Shown piece after piece: positions 11,129 to 20,001 of a stretch of DNA of 50,737 bases. Position 1 is the stretch's first letter. The number at the start of each line of letters is the position of its first letter. The DNA is from Erysipelotrichaceae bacterium (GTDB taxonomy: Bacteria; Bacillota_I; Bacilli_A; RF39; UBA660). The stretch covers positions 1 to 50,737 of the forward strand of contig JALEZJ010000103.1 of the NCBI GenBank assembly GCA_022772985.1, in the 5' to 3' direction. Both the position numbers and the translations under genes were made by a program. A model generated the notes under the pieces. That model was not told the DNA's origin. It saw nothing but the letters and a program-made list of their open reading frames with translations, and ran no database searches.

Positions 11129-13206
11129 CTTTGCATTCCTTTCACATTTTGATTTGCAATATCATTGACATTGTACCATCCTTCTGCATAGGCGTTTATT
11201 TCAGCATTTATTAGTGGAGAACTTCCATCATAATCTTGAAGATACTTTTCTTGATTGGCAGTTAGAATACTTACCACTTCGCCACCATTTTTAATTAATT
11301 CATCTATTTTTTGGTTGGCTAATTCATCACTGGCATAGATTTGGTTCATTCCGTTTTCATTTAAAATTGCTACTCCTAAAATAACTCTTTTATCTGTATT
11401 CTTATAATATGCAGAATAAGAATTTTCACCTAAATAAGCATCATATTCATTATTATATATTCTAGTTCCTTCATTTAACTTAATATTTCCGCCAATTTTT
11501 ATAAAAGATTCTTCTTTATTTTCAATATTTTCATCTTCTAGTATCGTTAAATTTTCTGGACTTGATTCTTTTTCGTCATTACTTTGATTAGATTGCTGTG
11601 ATGTCGTATCTTGCTTTTCCGTTTCATTTGTTGTCTTTTCTTGACTAGATGTTTTATCTACATTTTCCGCTTTAGTAACTATATCATCCCCAGCTTTTAT
11701 TTGATAAGGATTTTCTAAATCATTTAAACTTTTTTCAATTTCTTTTTCTAAATCGGTGTTTTTAACATCATTTTCTGAAACACTTTCTGTTGTTGCTTTT
11801 GCTGACTTTGACTCTTTTCTATTGTTTATTAATTCGCTAGCTCCAACACTTGTTAATCCTAATATTAACGTAGCTGCAATAACTCCTATTCTGACTTTTA
11901 TTTCTTTATCCATATTTTTTAATGATTTTCTTATCTTCGTTACGATGCCAGAAATTGGTTTTTTGGTATTATTTTTTTGAAGAATTGGTTGGTTTTCATC
12001 TGAAATAAGTTCTTTTACTGGTACAGATTTATTTTTTATATCATCATTATTTCCAATTGATATGTATTCTTCTTTTGACCATGGTGCTTTGTTAATATCT
12101 TCTGCTTTTGCTTCTTCATATATATCATTCATAAATAAGCCATTTATATTTTGATATGAGCTAGGTTCATTAAAATTATCTTGAGCTATTTTTTTCTGTT
12201 GGATTGGAGCTACATAATCAGGAGAATTAATCGTTGGGGTAGCTTTTTCCATTATCTGGTTCCAACTATTGGCTGCTTTTTCAAAATTTGGTGTATATGG
12301 TGGAATATCGCTCAAAGATTCTTTGCTGGAAATAGATTTTTCTATTTCTTCATAATAATCATCTTTTGGTTCTTCTATTCCAGCTTGATTTCTAATATTC
12401 TGCCACAATTTTTGAGAATTTCTAAAATTTACGGATTTAGATGATAAATTTTGATTTTCATCTCTTTCTTCAAAAAGAGGTAGTGGATATGGTTGATTTG
12501 ATTTATTTAATAAATCATCTGGTTCATTGGTCTTTTTAGAATCATTTTGTTCTATAGAAAACTCTGTTTCGATTGGTTTTGGTATTTCTTGTTTTTTCGA
12601 ATAAAATTGATCAAAATGATCTTCATTTTCACTTATTACTGCTGATTCGGGAGATGGTTGTTTTGTTTCATTTAATTTTTTTCTTTCGTCTTCTGATAAG
12701 TAATCCATCATTAATCTATTAATTAATTGTTTTTCTAAATCGGTATCGGTTGATGAATTCATCTCGTGCATTGAAACTTCACTCTTACTATCTTTTAGTA
12801 AATCATCCATAATCGGTTCTAATGGGGGATCTTCCGCTAGATCTTCTTGTTTCTTTTGTTCAGAAATGTTTTCCTTATTTAATAATGTTTGAGCCATAAT
12901 TTGAGCAACGATATCTTCTTCATCCGTTACTGAACTATTTGATAATGACTGTGCATTTTTCATTGTACTTAGATTTTCATTTTCTACTACTGAATTATCT
13001 TTTGATTCTTTTATAACTTCTGTACGGAAATTTGCCATATTACTGATACTATTAGAAATAGCCTTTTGCATGATTTTTAATTCCTGTAATGCTTTTTCGT
13101 CATCTTCTTCTCTTGGGGTTTTGGAATTTTGATATTTTGATACATTTTCATCTATCTTTCTTTTTATTTTTTCTAATTCTTGGTATATTTCCCTTACATC
13201 TTTCAT
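11125..13206 (-). CDS. Hypothetical single-pass membrane protein: long acidic low-complexity N-terminus and a C-terminal SH3/GW-like domain
   Basis: TM segment RIGVIAATLILGLTSVGA. The C-terminus reads IKIGGNIKL...RIY...EGWYNVNDI. ATG at 13206 follows GAGGTG and is preferred over the ORF-track start at 13236. Confidence 0.8.
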   Translation of the reverse strand: MKDVREIYQELEKIKRKIDENVSKYQNSKTPREEDDEKALQELKIMQKAISNSISNMANFRTEVIKESKDNSVVENENLSTMKNAQSLSNSSVTDEEDIVAQIMAQTLLNKENISEQKKQEDLAEDPPLEPIMDDLLKDSKSEVSMHEMNSSTDTDLEKQLINRLMMDYLSEDERKKLNETKQPSPESAVISENEDHFDQFYSKKQEIPKPIETEFSIEQNDSKKTNEPDDLLNKSNQPYPLPLFEERDENQNLSSKSVNFRNSQKLWQNIRNQAGIEEPKDDYYEEIEKSISSKESLSDIPPYTPNFEKAANSWNQIMEKATPTINSPDYVAPIQQKKIAQDNFNEPSSYQNINGLFMNDIYEEAKAEDINKAPWSKEEYISIGNNDDIKNKSVPVKELISDENQPILQKNNTKKPISGIVTKIRKSLKNMDKEIKVRIGVIAATLILGLTSVGASELINNRKESKSAKATTESVSENDVKNTDLEKEIEKSLNDLENPYQIKAGDDIVTKAENVDKTSSQEKTTNETEKQDTTSQQSNQSNDEKESSPENLTILEDENIENKEESFIKIGGNIKLNEGTRIYNNEYDAYLGENSYSAYYKNTDKRVILGVAILNENGMNQIYASDELANQKIDELIKNGGEVVSILTANQEKYLQDYDGSSPLINAEINAYAEGWYNVNDIANQNVKGMQR

Positions 13207-13226
13207 AGTATTCACCTCTCGGTAAT

Positions 13227-13255
13227 ATATTAACATATTATTTATGGTTATTCAA
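13227..13255 (-). promoter_or_regulatory. sigmaA-like promoter of the inserted two-gene unit
   Basis: TTGAAT-17 bp-TAATAT with an extended TG. Confidence 0.5.
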
Positions 13256-13275
13256 CACCTTTGTTTTTTGTTGAC

Positions 13276-13320
13276 AAAAAAAGAAAAGAAAATGTCATTT
13301 CCAGACATTTTGCTTTTCTC
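13276..13320 (-). terminator. Terminator after rplL
   Basis: Minus strand AAAATGTC-TGGAAAT-GACATTTT followed by a T-rich tract. Confidence 0.7.
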
Positions 13321-13333
13321 TTTTCTACTTTTA

Positions 13334-13702
13334 TTATTGAAGTTCTACAGTAGCGCCAGCTTCTTCTAATTGTGCTTTTAAAGCTTCTGCTTCTTCTTTT
13401 GCAATTCCTTCTTTGATTGCTCCACCATTATCAGCGATTTCTTTTGCTTCTTTTAATCCTAATCCAGTTACTTCTTTAATAATTTTAATAACTGGTAATT
13501 TGTTAGCACCTGCTGCAGTTAAAACAACATTAACTTTAGAAGGTCCTTCTTCTACAGCTGCTGCAGCTGGTGCTGCTGCTACTGCTACTGCACTTGGATC
13601 TACTCCAAATTCCTCCTTCATTGCATCTACTAATTCTTTTACTTCAAGAATTGTCATTTCTTTTAAAGCACTGATAAATTCGTCTCTTGTTAATTTTGCC
13701 AT
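13334..13702 (-). CDS. rplL: 50S ribosomal protein L7/L12
   Basis: EEFGV, Ala-rich hinge, TGLGLKEAKE and LEEAGATVEL. Confidence 0.99.
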   Translation of the reverse strand: MAKLTRDEFISALKEMTILEVKELVDAMKEEFGVDPSAVAVAAAPAAAAVEEGPSKVNVVLTAAGANKLPVIKIIKEVTGLGLKEAKEIADNGGAIKEGIAKEEAEALKAQLEEAGATVELQ

Positions 13703-13730
13703 TATATTTTCCTCCTTAATTTTTATTTTT

Positions 13731-14225
13731 TTAGTTTTCTTCTTTATCTTTTGTGTATAAATCTAAGCAGATTGATAAATCTCTAATTGTTGCTATCATT
13801 CCACCTGCTAACATTGTTAACAATCCTTCTCTAGATGGAATAGCTGCGTATGATTTTAATTCCTCTAGTGTTACAACACGACCTTCTACTACTCCTGCTT
13901 TTAATTCTAAAGCTTCATGATTTTTAGCAAACTCACTAATAATCTTTACAGGAGCTAGTTCATCGCTAGAGAATGAAATTGCAGTTGGTCCTTCTAAATA
14001 GCTATCTAATTCTAATCCAGAATCTTTGATAGCTCTTTTTGCTAAAGTATTTTTATATACTTTGTAATCAGAACCTGATTCTCTTAAACTTCTTCTTAAT
14101 TCTGTTACTTCAGATACCTTTAAGCCACGTGGGTCAAATAATACCACTGATGAAGCATTAGAAAATTTTTCTTTAATTTCATCAATTACTGCTTGTTTTT
14201 GTTCTAATATTTTTGCATTTGCCAC
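13731..14225 (-). CDS. rplJ: 50S ribosomal protein L10
   Basis: RGLKV..VTELRR, KVYKNTL, GPTAI and IPSREGLL; GTG start. Confidence 0.98.
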   Translation of the reverse strand: MANAKILEQKQAVIDEIKEKFSNASSVVLFDPRGLKVSEVTELRRSLRESGSDYKVYKNTLAKRAIKDSGLELDSYLEGPTAISFSSDELAPVKIISEFAKNHEALELKAGVVEGRVVTLEELKSYAAIPSREGLLTMLAGGMIATIRDLSICLDLYTKDKEEN

Positions 14226-14257
14226 CTATAACAACTCCTTTCTTTCATTCATGCCAT

Positions 14258-14360
14258 AATAAAACCCTCGTTTTAGTTACGAGGGATAAAAAGGTTAGTG
14301 CTTTTTTATTCCTCGGTAAGATTTTCAAACGTCATTCACGTCCTTACTGTCTTTGGCATA
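14258..14360 (-). ncRNA. L10 leader (autoregulatory attenuator)
   Basis: Minus strand CCAAAGACAGTAAGG...TCTTACCGAGG followed by the terminator CCCTCGT...ACGAGGGTTTT, upstream of rplJ. Confidence 0.88.
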
Positions 14361-14379
14361 AATTCTGCATTCGGGTTTT

Positions 14380-14408
14380 ATTATATAACAACTATGATTA
14401 TTTGTCAA
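14380..14408 (-). promoter_or_regulatory. sigmaA promoter of rplJL
   Basis: Perfect TTGACA-17 bp-TATAAT; the -35 lies in the last codons of rplA. Confidence 0.8.
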
Positions 14409-15093
14409 ATGAATTTAAATCAATTTTAATTCCAGGACCCATTGTAGAAGAAATAGAAATATTTTTTACATAGTTTCCTTTAGCAGTTGTTGGTTTTGCT
14501 TTTAAGATTACTTCAATAAAAGCTTTTAAATTAGCTACTAATTTTTCATCTTCAAAGCTTGCTTTTCCAAAAATTCCATGAACATTTCCAAAACTATCCG
14601 TACGGTAATTTACTTTACCTTTTTTAGTCTCTTCAATTGCACGTACCACATCTGTTGTAACAGTTCCTGTTTTAGGGTTTGGCATTAAACCTTTTGGTCC
14701 TAATAATTTACCAATTTTACCTAACATAGGCATCATTTCTGGTGTTGCGATAATTACATCATAATCAAACCAATTTTCGTGTTCAATTTTGGCAATCATG
14801 TCAACATCTCCAACATAGTCAGCTCCAGCGTTTTTAGCTGCTGTTGCTTGTTCTCCTTTCGCTAAAACAAGAATTGTTTTGCTTTTTCCTGTTCCATATG
14901 GTAATACTACTGCTCCACGTAACTGTTGATCGGCTTTTTTTACATCTAAGTTTAAATTCATAGCAACTTCTAAAGTAGCATCAAATTTTGCATTAGATGT
15001 TTTCTTTGCTAGAGCAATTGCATCTTCTATAGAATAAGCTTTATTTTTATCTATTTGTTCTAAATTAGCAATATGTCTTTTGCTTTTTTTCAT
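14398..15093 (-). CDS. rplA: 50S ribosomal protein L1
   Basis: [39 protein letters not shown] and SSTMGPGI. Confidence 0.99.
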   Translation of the reverse strand: MKKSKRHIANLEQIDKNKAYSIEDAIALAKKTSNAKFDATLEVAMNLNLDVKKADQQLRGAVVLPYGTGKSKTILVLAKGEQATAAKNAGADYVGDVDMIAKIEHENWFDYDVIIATPEMMPMLGKIGKLLGPKGLMPNPKTGTVTTDVVRAIEETKKGKVNYRTDSFGNVHGIFGKASFEDEKLVANLKAFIEVILKAKPTTAKGNYVKNISISSTMGPGIKIDLNSFDK

Positions 15094-15108
15094 TTTTTTA
15101 CCTCCTTT

Positions 15109-15139
15109 GTGGTCTATAGCGGACTTGTAATCCTTCCAC
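15109..15139 (-). promoter_or_regulatory. L1-binding leader directly upstream of the rplA RBS
   Basis: Minus strand GTGGAAGGA...TCCGCTATAGACCAC, matching the GTGG-RGG...CCG...ACCAC L1 site. Confidence 0.75.
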
Positions 15140-15195
15140 GGATAGGTGATTACACCTATTAGGAATTATTCGATTTTTGATTCTATTATTTTCAA

Positions 15196-15615
15196 TTAGT
15201 CTTTAATTTCGATTCCCATGTTACGGGCTGTACCTTCTATAATTTTCATTGCATCTTCAATATCATAAGCATTTAAATCGGGCATTTTAGTTTCAGCAAT
15301 TTCTCTTAATTGTTCACGAGTAATTGTTGCAACTGTTTCTCCTTTGGTAGCACCTTTCCCAATCTTAGCAATTTTTTTTAATAAGAATGCTGCTGGTGGA
15401 GTTTTTAATGCAAGATCAAATGTTCTATCTTCATAAATTGTGATCTCAACTGGTAAAATATCTCCCATTTTATCTCTTGTTGCATCATTGAATTTGGTAC
15501 AAAATTCTTGTAAGTTAATTCCTGCAGGTCCTAATACTGTTCCAACTGGTGGAGCAGGTGTAGCACGTCCAGCAGGGATTTGTAATTTAATTTTCTTCGT
15601 AATTTCTTTTGCCAC
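15196..15615 (-). CDS. rplK: 50S ribosomal protein L11
   Basis: [22 protein letters not shown] and [11 protein letters not shown] at 15615 follows AGGAGG. Confidence 0.99.
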   Translation of the reverse strand: MAKEITKKIKLQIPAGRATPAPPVGTVLGPAGINLQEFCTKFNDATRDKMGDILPVEITIYEDRTFDLALKTPPAAFLLKKIAKIGKGATKGETVATITREQLREIAETKMPDLNAYDIEDAMKIIEGTARNMGIEIKD

Positions 15616-15656
15616 GAAAAACACCTCCTATTAATTATTAATATTATTTTTTCGCG

Positions 15657-15728
15657 AGTGGTTCAAACGGGTTAGAAAAGTTCAGTTTGGCGTCCGCTTT
15701 ACTTCCTTTCCTTCTTTCTCCTTCCACT
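15657..15728 (-). promoter_or_regulatory. Second L1-binding leader upstream of rplK
   Basis: Minus strand AGTGGAAGG-AGAAAG...CTTTTCTAA-CCCGTTTGAACCACT, with a long inserted stem. Confidence 0.7.
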
Positions 15729-15758
15729 TATTAAACCTAATATCTGGTTGCGGTTATA

Positions 15759-15787
15759 ATCATAGCATAAAAAATCTCGCTTTTCAA
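15759..15787 (-). promoter_or_regulatory. sigmaA promoter of rplKA
   Basis: TTGAAA-17 bp-TATGAT with an extended TG. Confidence 0.65.
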
Positions 15788-15819
15788 CTGTTTTTTGTTT
15801 TTATTTTATATTAATTTTA

Positions 15820-16356
15820 TCATTCAATACTTGCAATATCGGTGAAATCGACTTCTACTTTGGTCACTTGTCCAAATAAATCCACATTAACATTTAGTTT
15901 TTGAGTCTTCATATCGGCACTTTCAATAGTTCCTTCCATATCTTTGAATGGTCCATCTAAAATCTTTACTCTTTTACCAGGTTCTAGTTCCTTCGTTACA
16001 TCAATCCTACTTAATCCCATTGAACCTAAAATGTTATCTACTTCATGGGGTAATAATGGAATTGGTTTTGCTCCTTTTCCAGAAGATCCAATAAATCCTG
16101 TTACTCCTTGCGTATTTCTCACAATATACCATGCTTCATCTGACATTACCATTTCAACTAGTACATATCCTGGAAACATCTTTTTAACTTTTTCTTTTTT
16201 TACTCCATTTTTTACTTCAATAATTTTTTGTTCTGGTACTACAACACGATAAATATTATTATGTAATTCCATAGAATTAATCATCATTTCTAACTTTTCT
16301 TTTACTTTATATTCATATCCTGTAACTGTATTTACTACATACCATTCTTTTTTCAT
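15820..16356 (-). CDS. nusG: Transcription termination/antitermination factor NusG
   Basis: WYVVNT..GYE.KVK, FPGYVLVEM, VRNTQGVTGFIG and KOW motif DGPF. Confidence 0.98.
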   Translation of the reverse strand: MKKEWYVVNTVTGYEYKVKEKLEMMINSMELHNNIYRVVVPEQKIIEVKNGVKKEKVKKMFPGYVLVEMVMSDEAWYIVRNTQGVTGFIGSSGKGAKPIPLLPHEVDNILGSMGLSRIDVTKELEPGKRVKILDGPFKDMEGTIESADMKTQKLNVNVDLFGQVTKVEVDFTDIASIE

Positions 16357-16544
16357 TATGCAACACTCCTTAATAAAGATACTAACATATCAATCGCATA
16401 GAAATATACTCCTAAACATATCATAAATGTTACTGTTGTAATAGAGTATTTGACTAATTCTTTGCCACTTGTCCATCTAATACGTCCGATTTCTTTTTTT
16501 ACGCCTTTAAAATATTTGGTTATTCCATTTAATATTTTTTTCAT
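16356..16544 (-). CDS. secE: Preprotein translocase subunit SecE
   Basis: YFKGVKKEIGRIRWTSGKEL plus one TM helix, directly upstream of nusG. Confidence 0.93.
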   Translation of the reverse strand: MKKILNGITKYFKGVKKEIGRIRWTSGKELVKYSITTVTFMICLGVYFYAIDMLVSLLRSVA

Positions 16545-16599
16545 ATATCCTCCTATTACAAATATTTGATTAAAATAAAAACACCTTCGTGTTGCTTTA

Positions 16600-16628
16600 A
16601 ATATAGCACTTCAGGAGCTTTATGTCAA
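16600..16628 (-). promoter_or_regulatory. sigmaA promoter of secE-nusG
   Basis: TTGACA-17 bp-TATATT with an extended TG. Confidence 0.7.
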
Positions 16629-16879
16629 TCATTTCTTGTAGTTTTTATCTTTTTTGAAGAAAAAATACTTCTATATATTTTTCTTCTTTTTTTATCTTTT
16701 CGATGGTAAAAAATGCTGAGTTTATTTAATTTCTATGTATTGCAATCTTTTTTATTAAATATAAGCATATTTTAATATTTTTTGGTAATAATATTATCAT
16801 ATTTGGTGATATTTTATTCATTATATTTTTGTTCTATAATTATTGTTTATAATTAGAATGAATGGATGGGTGATAATTC

Positions 16880-17212
16880 ATGGACTTTGGCAGTAAAATA
16901 CAGATGCTTAGAAAAAATCACAATTTATCTCAAGAAAAGTTGGCTTCTATTTTAAAAATTAATCGTAATTATTTATCTAGGATAGAAACTGGTAAGTCCG
17001 AGCCTTCTTTATCTGTAATTCGTGATATTGCTCAGTATTTTCATATTGATATTGCTACGTTAATGGATATTCAGATGAATGGAAGTAATGCAGAAGAAAA
17101 AATTCAAAAAATTGTGGAAGGTTGTCAATATTTAATGGATGATGATTTGGATTTTCTTATTCGTGTGATATCTGTTATGAGGGAAGAATATGTAAAGAGG
17201 GATTTTGATTAA
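16880..17212 (+). CDS. XRE-family HTH transcriptional regulator
   Basis: IQMLRKNHNLSQEKLA...YLSRIETGKSEPS. Confidence 0.92.
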   Translation: MDFGSKIQMLRKNHNLSQEKLASILKINRNYLSRIETGKSEPSLSVIRDIAQYFHIDIATLMDIQMNGSNAEEKIQKIVEGCQYLMDDDLDFLIRVISVMREEYVKRDFD

Positions 17213-17486
17213 CTTCTTTTTTTATGCTATAAAAGTTCTTGTATGTTTTATCTTTTAAATATTTTTATATCAGATATTTGTATTTATTCAATTGAATCAT
17301 ACAATTTTATCTAATTCAATTTATCTAGTTAAAAATATTATTTTTCAACAACTTTGTGGATAATTTATTAGTTTTTTTATATCAATGGTCTTTCTACAAT
17401 TCAGTACTTTTTGTCAATAAAGATTAGATTGCTTTTTTTGATATTCAATATTATAATTGTGTTATATTTAGAAACGGAGGTAGTTT

Positions 17487-18347
17487 ATGCGTATTAGTCA
17501 GGATTGGGAAGATTATCAATGTCTTGCTAGTGGAGATGGAGAAAAGATTGAAAAATGGGGAAATATTATTTTAAGAAGACCTGATCCTCAAATTATTTGG
17601 AAAAAATCAAATAGTCAAATTTGGAATGAATGGGATGGCTTTTATCATCGTAGTAATAAGGGTGGTGGTAGTTGGGAATTTAAAAAAAAGATTCCTGATG
17701 AATGGAAGGTTCATTATAAAGAATTGACATTTCAGGTAAGTCCTACTAATTTTAAGCATACTGGTATTTTTCCAGAGCAAGCTGTGAATTGGGATTATGT
17801 GATGAAGAGAATTCGTAATGATAATCGAGTTGAATTTAGAGTATTGAATTTATTTGCTTATACAGGTTGTGCTACGATGGCGGCTTCCATGGCAGGTGCT
17901 AGTGAAGTTGTTCATGTAGATGCTTCTCGTGGTATGATTGAATGGGCAAAGAAAAATAGAGATTTATGTGGACTTACGAATCATAAAATTCGTTTTATTG
18001 TGGATGATGTTATTAAATTTTTGGAACGAGAAAAAAGACGAGGTCGAACTTATCATGGGATTATTATGGATCCTCCTAGTTATGGGAGAGGCCCTAATGG
18101 AGAGGTATGGAAGTTAGAGGATAATTTACAAGAATTACTTTTTAAGGCTAGAGATGTATTAGATAAGGATTATTCTTTCTTATTAATTAATTCTTATACT
18201 ACTGGTGTATCTCCTACTTCTTTAAATAATATATTGAAATTGACATTTTCTAATAATCAAGTAGAAACAGGAGAAATAGGACTTCCAATTTTAGAAAATA
18301 ATTTGGTACTTCCTTGTGGTATTTATGGCAGAGTTACCAAAGATTAA
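17487..18347 (+). CDS. Class I SAM-dependent methyltransferase (RlmI/RlmK-like)
   Basis: FKHTGIFPEQ, VLNLFAYTG, HVDAS and DPPSYG. Confidence 0.9.
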   Translation: MRISQDWEDYQCLASGDGEKIEKWGNIILRRPDPQIIWKKSNSQIWNEWDGFYHRSNKGGGSWEFKKKIPDEWKVHYKELTFQVSPTNFKHTGIFPEQAVNWDYVMKRIRNDNRVEFRVLNLFAYTGCATMAASMAGASEVVHVDASRGMIEWAKKNRDLCGLTNHKIRFIVDDVIKFLEREKRRGRTYHGIIMDPPSYGRGPNGEVWKLEDNLQELLFKARDVLDKDYSFLLINSYTTGVSPTSLNNILKLTFSNNQVETGEIGLPILENNLVLPCGIYGRVTKD

Positions 18348-18993
18348 TATATTATACGAAGATAATCATTTACTGGTAGTAGAGAAACCTGTTTATATGC
18401 CAGTATGTGAGGATGAATCCCATGATTTAGATTTATTGAGTGTGCTAAAAAATTATTTGAAAGAGAAATATCAAAAGCCAGGAAATGTTTATTTGGGGCT
18501 TGTTCACAGACTTGATCGTCCCGTTGGTGGGGTGATGGTATTTGCTCGTACTAGTAAGGCTGCTAGTAGGTTGAGTAAAGAGATCGTGAATCATGAATTA
18601 GAGAAAGTATATTTGGCAGTGGTAGAGGGAGAGGTACTAGAGTCGGGAGAAATGTTTGATTATTTAGTTAAGGATCAAAAGAAGAATCAGTCTTACGTTA
18701 CGGATAAACAGCATGGAAAAGAAGCAAGATTACATTATAAAAGATTAGGTTATAGAAATGGCTTTAGTTTAGTGGAAATACATTTAGAAACCGGAAGAAG
18801 TCATCAGATTCGAGTACAATTTTCATCACGTGGATTTCCATTAGTTGGAGATGCAAAGTACAATCCACATCATGATGGGAAAACTAGTATTGCTTTATTT
18901 GCTAAAAAGTTATCTTTTTATCATCCTGTTACCAAAGAAAAGTTAAGTTTTAAGTTAGATGTGCCAAAAAGATACCCTTTTAATTTGTTTTAG
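18325..18993 (+). CDS. RluA-family pseudouridine synthase
   Basis: ILYEDNHLLVVEKP, VHRLDRPVGG, TGRSHQIRVQ and PLVGDAKY. ATG at 18325 is the likely start. Confidence 0.95.
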   Translation: MAELPKINILYEDNHLLVVEKPVYMPVCEDESHDLDLLSVLKNYLKEKYQKPGNVYLGLVHRLDRPVGGVMVFARTSKAASRLSKEIVNHELEKVYLAVVEGEVLESGEMFDYLVKDQKKNQSYVTDKQHGKEARLHYKRLGYRNGFSLVEIHLETGRSHQIRVQFSSRGFPLVGDAKYNPHHDGKTSIALFAKKLSFYHPVTKEKLSFKLDVPKRYPFNLF

Positions 18994-19008
18994 GGGATCT
19001 TTTTTTAT
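18966..19008 (+). terminator. Terminator overlapping the RluA stop codon
   Basis: AAAAGATACCCT...AGGGGATCTTTTTTT. Confidence 0.55.
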
Positions 19009-19252
19009 TAATTAGCGTTAATTGGTAATTTTCTTTTATATGGGTTTCCTAAATAAGAGACTAAACAATTGACTAGTTATTATGAAAAATATACTTATAT
19101 TGATAATGATTTACCTATTTTCATTTTTCTGATAATTGATAATCAAAAATTTAAAATGTTGTTTTTCTTGTATAATTTAACATTATTCTAGCTTTTTTTT
19201 ATTTTCTCATGATATAATATCTTATACCAACAAAAGGAAGGGGATAGAATTT

Positions 19253-19897
19253 ATGGCACTTACAACTACATTAAATGATTTAGAATGGCAAAGGGTTCAA
19301 CAGATTATACAAAATGTCTTATTTAAAAGAAAATTTCGTTTTAATGAAAAAACAATTAGGAAGGTAATTGGGGAACATCTGAAGCAATTTGGAATGGATA
19401 GTACTATTATGGAATGTTCTTATTTTCAAATTTTATTTTTAAATACTTTGGATCAATTTGTTGAAGAAGGAATTTTATATTATATGGATGGAATTTATAT
19501 TCCTTCATCTTATATGGTATTGCATGAATATGATACTAAATGGGCAGATTTATTATATTTATATGATGATAATTCTCAATCTCCTGTTTATATTAATATT
19601 CATACTTTAAAGGATACAAAGATTCGAAAAAAAAGAGATATTCTTCTAACTGGTGGTTATATGGATCAAGATAATAGTAAGTTATTACCGCCTAATCTTT
19701 CTTTACAGGAAATTGCTTATTTATATCATTCTTTTTTAAAGGAAGGAGCTAATAAGGAAGAAGCAATTTTACATGTTTTAAATTACTATCATATCAAAGT
19801 TTTGATACCAAAAGATGAAATTGGTCGTGCTGTTATTATTCAAAATAAAAAGGATGTTCAAAAGAAAATATTAAGAAAAGATCATCTTCTTAATTAG
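19253..19897 (+). CDS. Hypothetical protein (possible N-terminal winged helix)
   Basis: 214-aa ORF with a purine-rich RBS and TGATATAAT extended -10 upstream. TLDQFVEEGILYYMDGIY resembles a wHTH wing. Confidence 0.75.
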   Translation: MALTTTLNDLEWQRVQQIIQNVLFKRKFRFNEKTIRKVIGEHLKQFGMDSTIMECSYFQILFLNTLDQFVEEGILYYMDGIYIPSSYMVLHEYDTKWADLLYLYDDNSQSPVYINIHTLKDTKIRKKRDILLTGGYMDQDNSKLLPPNLSLQEIAYLYHSFLKEGANKEEAILHVLNYYHIKVLIPKDEIGRAVIIQNKKDVQKKILRKDHLLN

Positions 19898-19924
19898 TAT
19901 CAATTTATTCATTTTGATAAATTT

Positions 19925-19998
19925 GAAAAAAGACAATTATATTAGAGATTATTCTTAAAGTTTGAGAATAAATCATTCATTTATAATTGTCTTTTTTC
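19925..19998. terminator. Long bidirectional hairpin between convergent genes
   Basis: Perfect 17-bp inverted arms GAAAAAAGACAATTATA / TATAATTGTCTTTTTTC, with an inner stem GATTATTCT / AGAATAAATC. Confidence 0.75.
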
Positions 19999-20001
19999 AG
20001 T

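Noticed and set aside
17213-17486. Replication origin
   Set aside because: Only one perfect DnaA box, no dnaA/dnaN nearby, and no lasting change in gene orientation.
19057-19190. Short plus-strand frame sharing TYIDND with the 41364-41666 remnant
   Set aside because: About 40 codons with no RBS; a six-residue match in AT-rich DNA may be chance.
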